Assembly: GCA_963821905.1 (NCBI GenBank)
Contig: CAWGFP010000003.1
Span: 683 to 64,682 of the forward strand
Length of the DNA: 64,000 nucleotides
Reading direction: 5' to 3'
Source: Thermoanaerobaculia bacterium
GTDB taxonomy: Bacteria; Acidobacteriota; Thermoanaerobaculia; Multivoradales; JAGPDF01
The notes below the pieces were generated by a model. The model saw nothing but the letters and a program-made list of their open reading frames with translations. It did no database searches and had not been told where the DNA came from. A program made the translations under genes and the position numbers. The stretch's first letter is position 1. Each line of letters opens with the position of its first letter. This document shows positions 52,807-62,159 of the stretch, piece after piece.

Positions 52807-52925
52807 TGCTACGCCGCGCTTCCCTCAAAAAGATCGAGGCCCGCGGCGCCAGGTGGCGCACGCGGACCTCGACTTGCTCGCCCTCGGCGGTACCGTGAAC
52901 CGGCGCCACCTCGAGGCTTCGCAGC

Positions 52926-53477
52926 TTAGCGTCCGCTCTTGCCGACCTGCAGCTCGTTGTGCACGTCGCTGACGCCCTTGGTGGCGCGCGCGATGCCCTC
53001 GGCGTCGGTCTTGATCCGCTGCGTGCTGACGCGGCCGATCAGGGTCACGACGCCCTTCGACGAGCCGACGTCGATATCGCTGGCTTCGATTCCGGGGTTG
53101 GCGATGAGCTGAGACTTGACCTTCGAGCTGATCATCACGTCATCGACCCACTCGCCGACCGTGCGCTCGCCGACCGTCAGACCGTTCCTCACGCCGCGCA
53201 CGCCTTCCGTGCGCCAAGACACCCGCGCGGCCTCGCGCCGAGATTCCTCGGTGTCGACCACGCCGGTCAGATAAACGACACCCTCGCGGGTCTCGACCTC
53301 CACTTGCCGCGCCTTAACCTTCTCATCCGTCTCCAGCGCTTGCTGAACGACCGAGGTGATGCTCTCGTCCGTCTTCTGCGTGCTCTTCGAAGTCATCGAC
53401 GACGAGGCACACCCCGTGAGGGCGATGATCGCGACACCGATCAGAGTCTTTGTTGCGAAAGCAGATACCTGCTTCAT
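52926..53477 (-). CDS. Dual BON-domain (OsmY-like) lipoprotein
   Basis: Lipobox LTGC; DESITSVV..VETREGVVYLTG; DDVMISSKVK..GVVTLIG. Confidence 0.9.
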   Translation of the reverse strand: MKQVSAFATKTLIGVAIIALTGCASSSMTSKSTQKTDESITSVVQQALETDEKVKARQVEVETREGVVYLTGVVDTEESRREAARVSWRTEGVRGVRNGLTVGERTVGEWVDDVMISSKVKSQLIANPGIEASDIDVGSSKGVVTLIGRVSTQRIKTDAEGIARATKGVSDVHNELQVGKSGR

Positions 53478-53506
53478 GGGATACCGTCCTTTCTGGACAG
53501 GTATCG

Positions 53507-53583
53507 AGCCTAAGCCGCGCCTCCCCGCCCCGAGAAGAGCACTTACTACCCGAGCGCCGAGCGCCGGACTGGGTAGAAACCAC
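53507..53583 (-). promoter_or_regulatory. Fourth copy of the bipartite promoter motif
   Basis: Minus strand GTGGTTTCTACCC-N19-GGGTAGTAAGTGCTCTT-N22-TAGGCT. Confidence 0.75.
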
Positions 53584-53602
53584 CCTGGCAAAGTGGCCTC
53601 GG

Positions 53603-53632
53603 TTGCGGCGATCTTTTCCCTGCGGGTAGAAT
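53603..53632 (+). promoter_or_regulatory. Sigma70 promoter of the tRNA
   Basis: TTGCGG-N18-TAGAAT followed by a GC-rich discriminator. Confidence 0.55.
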
Positions 53633-53652
53633 GCGCGCCCTGCCGTATCGGT

Positions 53653-53728
53653 GGGGCGGTAGCTCAGCTGGGAGAGCACCACGTTCGCAACGTGGGGGTC
53701 GAGGGTTCGAATCCCTTCCGCTCCACCA
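53653..53728 (+). tRNA. tRNA-Ala(CGC)
   Basis: 76-nt cloverleaf GGGGCGG...CCGCTCCA-CCA; G3:U70; anticodon arm CCACG-TTCGCAA-CGTGG; T-loop GTTCGAATC. Confidence 0.97.
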
Positions 53729-53784
53729 ATTTCGATCTCATTCGATTACAACACTCGCCTCTTCTCGAAGACGAGCAGGAGAAG

Positions 53785-54221
53785 ATGCGCGTTATGGTGT
53801 TCCACAAAGTCACCGAGAACAGCGAAAAGAGCATGGCCGCCCCTACGCCCGAGATGCTCGAGGCCTTCGCGGCGATGGATCGGTTCACCGAGGAGCTGGT
53901 CAAAGCCGGCGTCTTCGTGGCCGCCGCCGGCCTCAAGAATGGCGCCCAGGCCAAGCGCATCACCTTCGATGGTGCGGAGGCACGGTCACCGATGGGCCGT
54001 TCGCCGAGACCCGCGAGCTCATCGCCGGCTTCTCGATCTGGGAGGTCAATGACATGGACGAGGCCGTGGCCTGGGCGAAGCGCGCCCCCAATCCCATGCC
54101 GGGCCCGAGCGAGATCGAGATTCAGCCGTTCTACGAGGCGGAGGATCTGGCCGAATTCGTGACTCCCGAGGAGCTCGCGACGCCCCGTGAGGGGACGCGC
54201 GGGAAGCTCGGCGTCGCCTGA
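53785..54221 (+). CDS. YciI/DGPF-domain protein (frameshift ~53980)
   Basis: EELVKAGV..GL, VTDGPFAETRELIAGFSIWEV..MDEAVAWAKRAP. Confidence 0.88.
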
Positions 54222-54314
54222 TACGGTCGGCTGATACCGGCGGCTGGAGGCGGCCACCGCCAAACGCCGCGCCATCGACGGCTTCCTGCGCGTCGGTCTT
54301 AGACTGGGGCCACG

Positions 54315-55313
54315 ATGAAAGCGCTGGCCATTCGTCGTTACAAGGCACCGATGGAAATGATGGAGCTGCCGCGGCCCGAGCCGGGCCCGGGCGATCTGCT
54401 CGTGCGCGTACGCGCCGCCAGCGTCAATCCCCTCGACTACAAGATCCGCGACGGCGGCGTGAAGGTGCTGATCCCCTACTCGTTTCCGCTGATCCTCGGC
54501 AACGATCTCGCTGGCGACGTGGAAGCGGTCGGCCCCGGCGTCACCAAATTCAAGGTCGGCGACGCGATCTATTCGCGCCTCGACAAGGATCGCATCGGCG
54601 CCATCGCCGAGTATGCCCTGGTGCGCGAGAGCGCCGCGGCGAAGAAGCCCGCGCGCCTCGACTACGTGCAGGCGGCGTCGCTGCCGCTGGTGGGGCTCAC
54701 CGCCTGGCAGGCGCTGATCGATCTCGCGCAGTTGCAGGCGGGACAGAAGGTGCTGATCCACGCCGGCTCGGGCGGCGTCGGCACCTTCGCCATCCAGCTG
54801 GCCAAACACCTCGGCGCGCAGGTCGCGACCACTGCCAGCGCCAAGAACCACGCGTTGGTGAAGTCGCTCGGCGCGGATGTGGCCATCGACTACAAGACCA
54901 CCCGCTTCGAAGAGGTGGTCAGGGATCAGGACGTGGTCTTCGACACGCAGGGGGGGGAGACGCTGCTCCGCTCGTTCGAGGCGGTCAAATCGGGCGGCGT
55001 GGTGGTGACGGTCGGCGGCCGGCCCGACGGCAAGTTCGCGCGCGCCTGGGGCCTGAGCCTGCCGCTCGTCTGGATCCTCGGGTTCCTGAATCGCAAGGTC
55101 GATCGCCTGGCCAGGGAGAAGGGCGTGCGCTTCGAGTACCTGTTCATGCGCGCGAGCGGCGAGCAGCTGGAAAAGATCGGCGCACTGGTGGACCAGGGCG
55201 TCATCAAGCCGATCCTGGACAAGACCTTTCCGCTGGAAGCCGCGGCCGAGGCCGTCTCCTACGTGGAGTCCGGCCGCGCCGTCGGAAAAGTGGTCATTCG
55301 CGTCGCGGACTAG
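54315..55313 (+). CDS. NADP-dependent quinone-oxidoreductase-like MDR protein
   Basis: AASVNPLDYKIR, LGNDLAG, LPLVGLTAWQAL, IHAGSGGVG, GRAVGKVV. Confidence 0.92.
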   Translation: MKALAIRRYKAPMEMMELPRPEPGPGDLLVRVRAASVNPLDYKIRDGGVKVLIPYSFPLILGNDLAGDVEAVGPGVTKFKVGDAIYSRLDKDRIGAIAEYALVRESAAAKKPARLDYVQAASLPLVGLTAWQALIDLAQLQAGQKVLIHAGSGGVGTFAIQLAKHLGAQVATTASAKNHALVKSLGADVAIDYKTTRFEEVVRDQDVVFDTQGGETLLRSFEAVKSGGVVVTVGGRPDGKFARAWGLSLPLVWILGFLNRKVDRLAREKGVRFEYLFMRASGEQLEKIGALVDQGVIKPILDKTFPLEAAAEAVSYVESGRAVGKVVIRVAD

Positions 55314-55334
55314 CTTGCCATTCGGCTCAGCCGA

Positions 55335-56855
55335 CTACCCCGGGCTCTTCATCCAACCCGTGGCCTGACCATCGCGACATGTTTGCGCGCGCGGCGCCGG
55401 TCCCGGCGGATCGCTGTCTCCGAGCTCGCGGCGCAGCTCGCCCAGCCGTGCGCGGAGCGTGCTCATGACGGAGGCGAAGCGGGCGTCGCCCGCGAGGTTC
55501 CGGGTCTCGTCAGGATCGTTCTCCAGATCGTAGAGCTCCCACTCCTCGGGCTGCTCGAAGAACTGGATCAGTTTCCAGCGCGCGGTCCGGACACCGCGGT
55601 TCTTGCGCACGCAGTGGCCGGCGGGGTACTCGTAGTACTCGTAGAGGAAGTCGTCGCGCCACGGGACGTCGGCGCCCTCGAGCAGCGGGACCGCGCTGCG
55701 CCCATGGAGGTTGGGCGGGACCGGGATGCCGGCGAGCTGGAGGATGGTCGGCATCACGTCCACGTTCAGCACCATGTGGGTGCGATCCACCGTTGCAGCC
55801 GCGAAGCGCGCCGGGTAGCGGATCGCCAGCGGGACGCGAATCGAGGGCTCGTACATCAACCGCTTGTCGAAGAGTCCGTGCTCGCCGAGAAAGAACCCGT
55901 TGTCGGAGGTGTAGACGACCAGCGTGTTCGGCGTCAGTTTCTGCTCGTCGAGGAAGTCGAGCACGCGCCCGAGGTTCTCGTCCACGCTCAGCAGCACCCG
56001 GTAGTAGTCCTTCACCATCAGCTCGAGGTTGCGCCGCTTGCGCTCTTCGGGCGGCAGCGACGCTGGCACGCGATCGCGATAGTCGGGCATGTCCGCCAGC
56101 GCCATCTCGGCCGCCCGAACGGCCTCGGGCCGGCCTGCCAGCCGGTCTTCGAAGGTGCGCGGCACCGGGATGTCGACACCCTCGAATGCCGCCGCGTAAC
56201 GTGGCGCCGGTTTCCAGGTGCGATGCGGCGACTTGAACTGGTAGAGGAGGCAAAACGGCCGGTCGATCGGCCGCCGGCGAAGAAACTCCAGGGCTTGATC
56301 CCCCACCACGTCGTCGGCGTGGCCGCGCATTCGCAGCGGCACTCCCTTCGCCACCATTTCCGGATCCTGATAGTCGCCCTGCCACGGGAAGATGACCCAC
56401 TCGTCGAACCCACGCGGCTGCGACTTGAGGTGCCACTTCCCCACCAGCCCGGTGTGGTAGCCCGCCTCGTGCAGCAGGTCGACCCAGGTCGGTTGATCCG
56501 GACGCAGGCCCGGCCCGTTGTAGAACTGCGGCCCGTCTCCGTTGGTTACGACCCCGTGCGCATGCGAGTACAGCCCGGTGAGCACGGAGGCACGGCTCGG
56601 AGCGCAGAGAGAGTTGGTCACGAACGCCTCTTCGAAGCGAATGCCGCCGTTGGCGATGCGATCCATGTTGGGCGTCCGCAGGATGGTGTTCCCGTAGGCG
56701 CTCAGGGTGTCTTTTCGTTGATCGTCCGTCATCACGAAGAGGACGTTGGGCGGCGGCAGTTCTTGCGCCCGGGCCCGCCGCGAGAACGCGGCGGTGACAG
56801 CCGAAACACCGAACAGGCGGAGAGCGTCGCGGCGCGACAGCGGTTGGCCGATCAC
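55335..56855 (-). CDS. Tat-exported Cys-type sulfatase
   Basis: SRRDAL Tat motif; PNVLFVMTDD; CAPSRASVLTG; GKWHL; YTSDNG..GEHG.FDKR.MYE; ELYDL..DP.E. Confidence 0.93.
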   Translation of the reverse strand: MIGQPLSRRDALRLFGVSAVTAAFSRRARAQELPPPNVLFVMTDDQRKDTLSAYGNTILRTPNMDRIANGGIRFEEAFVTNSLCAPSRASVLTGLYSHAHGVVTNGDGPQFYNGPGLRPDQPTWVDLLHEAGYHTGLVGKWHLKSQPRGFDEWVIFPWQGDYQDPEMVAKGVPLRMRGHADDVVGDQALEFLRRRPIDRPFCLLYQFKSPHRTWKPAPRYAAAFEGVDIPVPRTFEDRLAGRPEAVRAAEMALADMPDYRDRVPASLPPEERKRRNLELMVKDYYRVLLSVDENLGRVLDFLDEQKLTPNTLVVYTSDNGFFLGEHGLFDKRLMYEPSIRVPLAIRYPARFAAATVDRTHMVLNVDVMPTILQLAGIPVPPNLHGRSAVPLLEGADVPWRDDFLYEYYEYPAGHCVRKNRGVRTARWKLIQFFEQPEEWELYDLENDPDETRNLAGDARFASVMSTLRARLGELRRELGDSDPPGPAPRAQTCRDGQATGWMKSPG

Positions 56856-56954
56856 GGGTCGGCTTCGATCATAGCCGCTCGATGGACCGGGCGCTTGAGC
56901 GAGGAGATAACGGCACGACCTTCGAGTATGGTGTGACCGGGAGCGGAGGCAACC

Positions 56955-58583
56955 ATGGAGGTATTCGAGGTCGTCATCGCGCTGCTGCTGGGCGGCGCGG
57001 CGCTCGCCGCCTTGTCCCGGCGGATCGGCGCGCCGTACCCGGCGCTGGTGGCGCTCGCCGGCGCCGCGCTCGCGCTCATCCCCGGCATGCCGACGCTCGT
57101 GCTCGATCCCGAGCTCGCGCTCGCGCTGTTCGTCGCGCCCGTGCTGGTCGACGCCGCGTTCGACGCCTCGCCGCGCGACCTGCGCGCGAACTGGCGCGCG
57201 GTCGCGAGCCTCGCCCTCGGCGCCGTCGCGCTCACGATCGCCGTCGTCGCCGTCGTCGCGCGCCTGCTCGTCCCCGACATGCCGTGGGCGGCCGCGATCG
57301 CGCTCGGCGCCATCGTCGCGCCGCCGGACGCGGCGGCCGCCACCACGGTGCTCAAGCAGCTCCGCCCGCCGCACCGGCTGCTCGTGATCCTCGAGGGAGA
57401 GAGCCTCTTCAACGACGCGAGCGCGCTGCTCGTCTACCGCCTCGCGGTCGGCGCCACGGTCACCGGCTTCGTGTCCGGCTGGAGCGTGCTGCCGACGCTG
57501 CTCGTGGTCACGCTGGGCAGCGTCGTGCTCGGGCTGGTGCTCTCGCGGCCGACCGCTCGCCGTCAACGCGCGCATCCACGACGTCGCGACCGCGGTGGTG
57601 TTCCAGTTCTGCGCGCACATTCGGCGTCTGGATGCTCGCCGAGCGGCTGCACCTCTCGGGCATCATCACGATGGTGGTCTTCGCGATGGCGGCGTCGCGC
57701 CGCGCGCCCGAGATCATGCCGGCGCGCATCCGCATCCCGTCGTGGGCGGTGTGGGAGGTCGCGGTGTTCGTGCTGAACGTGCTCGCGTTCATCCTCGTGG
57801 GCTTCCAGCTCAAGTCGATCGCCGCGCGCGCCACCGGGGCGACCGGCGCGCGATACGCCGCGGTGGCGGCGGCGGTGTGCGTCGCGGTCATCCTCGCGCG
57901 CATCGTCTGGGTGACCGGCGCGGCGGCGTTCAGCCGGTGGCGCTGCCGGCCACGCGCCGACGGGACGCCCGGTCCGCGCGACGCGGTCGGCTCTCACCGC
58001 CCGCGCGGCCGCGGTGGTCGGCTGGTGCGGCATGCGCGGCACCGTGACGCTCGCCGCGGCGCTCGCGCTCCGACGGAGCGGGGCGCGCCGTTCCCCTACC
58101 GGGACCTGATCCTCGTCACCGCGTTCGGCGTGGTGCTCGGCACGCTCGTGCTCCAGGGGCTCACGCTGCGGCCGCTCCTGCTGCGCCTGCGGCTCGAGGA
58201 CGACGGCACGGTCGAGCGCGAGGTGCGCCTCGCGCGGGTCGAGACGCTGCGGGCGGCGGTGGCGGCCGGCCGCGAGCGTCCGGGCGCCGAGAGCGCGGAG
58301 CTCGTCCGGCAGCGCTACGAGCTGCAGCTGCGCCGCGCCGAGGAGGAGTTGCGCACGATCGCGCGACGCGAGGCCGCGCCGGGGGACGGCGCCATCGACG
58401 GCCCCGGCGGCGGACGCCGCGCGTCGTGCGCGCCGCGACCGAGGCGCAGCGGCGGCGCCTGGTGGCGCTCCGCGCCGACGGCACGATCGGCGACGCCGCG
58501 TTCCAGCGCGTCGAGGAGGAGCTCGACTGGGCGAGCTCGACTGGGCGCAGCTGTTACCGGCGATGCGCGAAACGGGAGGGTGA
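56955..58583 (+). CDS. CPA1 Na+/H+ antiporter (indels; end approximate)
   Basis: LDPELALALFVAPVL, LGAIVAPPDAAA, LEGESLFNDASAL, GWCGMRGTVTLAAAL, TLVLQGLTL. Confidence 0.9.
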
Positions 58584-58616
58584 GCGGCGGAGGTTCGGCC
58601 TGACTAACTGGCCCCC

Positions 58617-59837
58617 CTACGGTGCAGCAGGCCTTCGGTTCGGTTCTCCGCAAAGCGGCTCGAGGACAAGCTCCGCGAGCGCCGCGCAAGGATCGACCCG
58701 GGCGCCTCGAGCGGGCGCGCTGGACCCGCCAGCATGTGCGGTGCGGCGCAGGAGGTCGCGGAGCTCTTGCGGCGGCAGTCCGGGCTGGGCGGCGAGCAAG
58801 AGCGCGCCGATCCCCGACACGTAGGCGGCGGCGAACGAGTCACCGGAGAAGAAGTCGTAGCCGCCGCCCGGCGTCGTGGTCAAGATTTCGTTGGCGGGAG
58901 CGATCAACACGGAACTCGGTTCGTGCTCTTCGGTCCCGGCGGCACCGGCGACGGCGAGCGCCGCCGGATGACTGGCGGGAAAACCCACCGTCGCCGGTTC
59001 GACCGCGGCGACGATAAGGATGCCGCGGCGCGCGGCCTCGTCGAGCAGCCTCGTCAGCAGCCGGTCGGGCGGGCCGCTCAGGCTCAAGTTGAGTATGTCG
59101 GCGCCGCTCGACACGGCGAAATCGAGCGCCAATGCCAGGGTGTACGAGTCACAGGCCGCCACCCGCGAGTCCGGCGGCTCGTGCCAGCACGCCTTGAGCG
59201 CCAGCAGCCGGGCGCTCGGCGCGGTGCCAACGATGCCGATGCCGTTGTTGGCAACCGCCGCCAGTACGCCGGCCACGGCGGTGCCGTGAAGATCCGGGGT
59301 CGAGCCCTGAGCACCCGGGGTGACGAAGTTGCGCGCCAGCTCCACGCGGCCTTCGAGGTCGGGATGGTCGACGTCGACGCCGCTGTCAATCAGGGCGATG
59401 CGCACGCCGGCACCACGCGTCCGGTGATGCACCTCGGCCAGGTGAAGCTCGGCGAGCCCGTGCTGCAGGTTGGCGTACGGATCGTTCCATTCGTCGCCGA
59501 GGACCCGATAGCGCTCGACCGGTTGCGCCAGAGTCACGCGTGGATCCCGCTCCAGCTTCCCCACCATCTCGGCGGCGCTGGTTCCACCGGGCAGCTCGAA
59601 GATCAGGCACTGCTCGGAGAGCGACACCATCTTCCAGCTGCCGACGATGCGAAGCTCGAATGCATCCTGCATGTCCCGGGCGAACCGCTGCCAGTAGTTC
59701 GTGTTGGTCGAGTCGAGCGTCACCAGCAGGCGTTCCGCGGCCGCATGCGCGTTCTCACCCGGCGGCGCGACGGTCGCGCAGCCGCCGAACAGGCAGGCGA
59801 GCAGCAGGCCAGCGGCCCATCGCCGGCTAACGCTCAT
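58617..59837 (-). CDS. S8 (subtilisin-like) serine peptidase lipoprotein
   Basis: Lipobox FGGC; IDSGVD, HGTAVAG, NLSL, SGDSFAA. Confidence 0.9.
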   Translation of the reverse strand: MSVSRRWAAGLLLACLFGGCATVAPPGENAHAAAERLLVTLDSTNTNYWQRFARDMQDAFELRIVGSWKMVSLSEQCLIFELPGGTSAAEMVGKLERDPRVTLAQPVERYRVLGDEWNDPYANLQHGLAELHLAEVHHRTRGAGVRIALIDSGVDVDHPDLEGRVELARNFVTPGAQGSTPDLHGTAVAGVLAAVANNGIGIVGTAPSARLLALKACWHEPPDSRVAACDSYTLALALDFAVSSGADILNLSLSGPPDRLLTRLLDEAARRGILIVAAVEPATVGFPASHPAALAVAGAAGTEEHEPSSVLIAPANEILTTTPGGGYDFFSGDSFAAAYVSGIGALLLAAQPGLPPQELRDLLRRTAHAGGSSAPARGARVDPCAALAELVLEPLCGEPNRRPAAP

Positions 59838-60531
59838 CCCCCACCCTCCCCGCCACCGGCTCGGCGAACTGCACGGCCGGATGGGCGCGGAGCAGCGCCA
59901 CGATGTCGTCGACCGGGTCGGGTGGCGAGTCCAGCTCCCTGATAGCCAGCCTGTACGCTCCCAGGGGCGAGGGCCCACCCACGATCTGGGTTCCGGTGGT
60001 GAGCAGCACGGCCCGAACCTCGGTTTCGGAGGCTCCCGGCCGAAAAATCACCCGGACTTCGGGCCCCGCCGGCCGCGACACCGCCGGCGACGTGGACAGC
60101 GTGCGATACGCGGGCGCCGGACCGCGACGCGTCAGCCACAGTGACCCTGCGACGACCAGAACGAGCAATGCCTGGGTCCCCAGTATCCAGCCGAATCGCG
60201 CGCCGGCGAGCGCTCGCCACCAAGCAAACGGGCTGTGCGCTCGGGCCGCGGCGGATTCATCGTCCTCGGACGGGCCGCGATCGAGGCGCGATAGCAAGCG
60301 CCCCAACTGCGCCGGGTGTGGCGCCGGCGCGACCGCCTCCAGCGGCGGAAGGTGGGCCGCCATTTCGCGACAGCTGTCCACCTCTTCACGGCAGACTTCA
60401 CATTCCCCGAGATGGCTGGCGATTCGCTTCTGCTCCTCGGGCTCCAACCGCCCGGTCACGAACCAGGGCAGGAGCTCCGAGGCGAACCGGTGATCGGCCT
60501 CGAATTCGCTGCGACGGCGATAGCGGCTCAT
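59827..60531 (-). CDS. Zinc-binding (HxxxCxxC) anti-sigma factor with TM and extracytoplasmic domain
   Basis: LLPWFVTGRL..HLGECEVC; TM helix; YRTLS; C-terminal LRAHPAVQFAEP. Confidence 0.88.
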   Translation of the reverse strand: MSRYRRRSEFEADHRFASELLPWFVTGRLEPEEQKRIASHLGECEVCREEVDSCREMAAHLPPLEAVAPAPHPAQLGRLLSRLDRGPSEDDESAAARAHSPFAWWRALAGARFGWILGTQALLVLVVAGSLWLTRRGPAPAYRTLSTSPAVSRPAGPEVRVIFRPGASETEVRAVLLTTGTQIVGGPSPLGAYRLAIRELDSPPDPVDDIVALLRAHPAVQFAEPVAGRVGDER

Positions 60532-61112
60532 TCGACGGTCCCCCCTTGCTTGAGAACGCCGGCCCCCCGCTCCTCTCCATCTACCGGCAACAGCTCCCGC
60601 AGGCGGCGGCGGGCGTGGAACATCCTCGTCTTCACCGTGTTGACCGGACACTCGAGGATCTCGGCGATCTCGGGATAGCTCAACCCGTGGACGAAGGTGA
60701 GCTCGACCACGGCGCGCTGCTCCGGGCTCAGCTCTCCGAGTGCCTTGCCGATGCGAGAGGCGCGCTCCTGGTGATCGAACAGCAGATCCGGGCCCGGTTC
60801 GTGCCGCGGCCATGACAGGTCGTTCGTGGTGACATGCCGGTTCGCGCGACGGAGCGACTTGAGGCCGAGGTGATAGGCGATGCCGAGGATCCAGGTGGAG
60901 GGAGCAGAACGGCCGGCGAAGCGATGCGATGACCGCCAGACCGCCAGCAGAGTCTCCTGCAGGAGTTCCTCGACCACGGCTGGCCGCCGCGTCAACCGGA
61001 GGAGAAAGGCGAACAGACGCTGGTAGTAGCGGTGATACAGCTCCTCGAATGCCCGCCGGTCGCCGTTCGCGATCGCCGCCATCAGGGCTCGGTCATCGTT
61101 ACCCGGCTGCAC
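60528..61112 (-). CDS. ECF sigma factor
   Basis: GDRRAFEELY, EELLQETLLAVW, STWILGIA, LSPEQRAVVEL, SYPEIAEIL..PVNTVKTRMFHARRRL. Confidence 0.92.
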   Translation of the reverse strand: MQPGNDDRALMAAIANGDRRAFEELYHRYYQRLFAFLLRLTRRPAVVEELLQETLLAVWRSSHRFAGRSAPSTWILGIAYHLGLKSLRRANRHVTTNDLSWPRHEPGPDLLFDHQERASRIGKALGELSPEQRAVVELTFVHGLSYPEIAEILECPVNTVKTRMFHARRRLRELLPVDGEERGAGVLKQGGTVE

Positions 61113-61135
61113 GCGCTTCACCCTCCATCGCTCTG

Positions 61136-61164
61136 TTAGTCCCGCCAGCGGCCCGAACGGTTCA
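61136..61164 (-). promoter_or_regulatory. Possible ECF-type autoregulatory promoter
   Basis: TGAACC-N17-GACTAA upstream of the sigma gene. Confidence 0.4.
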
Positions 61165-61262
61165 AAAGCGGCGCCGATCCTCCTTCCGCTGTGGGCATGA
61201 CCTTCGGGACCGCTGCAAGAATTACACCGCGGCGGGCTCAGCCGGGCATCTCCGCCGCCGTT

Positions 61263-61736
61263 ATGATGCCCGCCATGATCGCCCGCGTTGCCCTGTCCGC
61301 GCTGCACATTCTCGCTCTGGCCATCGGTTTCGGCGCCGTCTTCGCGCGCGGACGGCGTCTGCGGGATCTTCGCCGAGCGCCGGGGGATGCCGGCGTCGTC
61401 GGCCGGCTTCTCCAGGCGGACAGTTTCTGGGGCCTGGCTGCGCTGCTCTGGATCATCACCGGTTTCGGGCGCGTCTTCAGCAAGCTCGAGAAGACGCCCG
61501 AGTTCTACCTCCGCAACGGATTCTTCTGGGTGAAGATGGGCCTCTTCGCGCTGATCATCTTGCTCGAGATTCTGCCGATGATCACCTTCGTTCGTTGGCG
61601 CATCGCGCGCGGCCGAGGCAACCAGCCCATGGGCAAGCTCGACACGCTGATCGCGCTCAACGACGCCGAAACGGTGATCGTGATCCTGATCCCCTTCGTC
61701 GCCGCGCTGATGGCGAGGGGTGCCTGGCTGTTCTAG
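61263..61736 (+). CDS. DUF2214-family membrane protein
   Basis: ADSFWGLAA..TG..R..EK..FY..N..FWVKMGLF..LEI.PM; AALMARG. Confidence 0.85.
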   Translation: MMPAMIARVALSALHILALAIGFGAVFARGRRLRDLRRAPGDAGVVGRLLQADSFWGLAALLWIITGFGRVFSKLEKTPEFYLRNGFFWVKMGLFALIILLEILPMITFVRWRIARGRGNQPMGKLDTLIALNDAETVIVILIPFVAALMARGAWLF

Positions 61737-61978
61737 TCGGCTGCGGCGACCAGCTGCTTCTTCTTCGCCCGGGTCAGCAACTTGATTCGCCGCTCCTCGC
61801 GCAGGGCCTCGCTCCAGGTCTCCACCTCTGCCGACCAGACCAGCACGACGGGTAGTCGCGACCTCGTGTAGTGGGACGCTGTGCCGGCCAGGTGCTCGTT
61901 CAGCCGGCGGTCCAGCTCGGTCGTGGCGCCGGTGTAGAGCGAGCCGTCCCGGCACTGCAGCACGTAGATGAAAGGCAC
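61733..61978 (-). CDS. GIY-YIG nuclease family (UPF0213-like)
   Basis: IYVLQCRDGSLYTG.T..L.RR..EH..G....YTRSRLPV; ALREERRIK. Confidence 0.88.
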   Translation of the reverse strand: MPFIYVLQCRDGSLYTGATTELDRRLNEHLAGTASHYTRSRLPVVLVWSAEVETWSEALREERRIKLLTRAKKKQLVAAAD

Positions 61979-62159
61979 ACACCCATTTTACGCGGGCAAG
62001 TACCCGCGGGCTCAGTTCAGATCTTGTTGTCGACCGCGATTCCCTCGATCAAGCAACCGCTCGAAGCCTCCGTTGGTTTTCGGCGCGGGGGCCTGAAGTC
62101 ATCATGCGCCTCGGCTGGGGGGAGTGAAGAGAGGTCGCGATAGAGTGCGCTTTCGCAAC

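Noticed and set aside
52835-52920. AGGTGGCGC...GCGCCACCT pairing as a possible ncRNA
   Set aside because: No recognisable RNA-family motif. Such pairing is expected by chance at this GC content or may be a simple 3' UTR stem.
50581-53583. CTACCC/GGGTAG repeats as CRISPR, attC or IS ends
   Set aside because: Not regularly spaced, no cas/integrase/transposase nearby, and each copy is oriented to a gene start with a -10 at fixed distance.
55335-57620. 761-aa extended sulfatase
   Set aside because: The N-terminal extension is antisense to the antiporter. The Tat signal places the real start near 56855.
61733-61978. GIY-YIG as a homing endonuclease or mobile element
   Set aside because: It is a short stand-alone UPF0213-type protein with no intron or DNA-binding extension.
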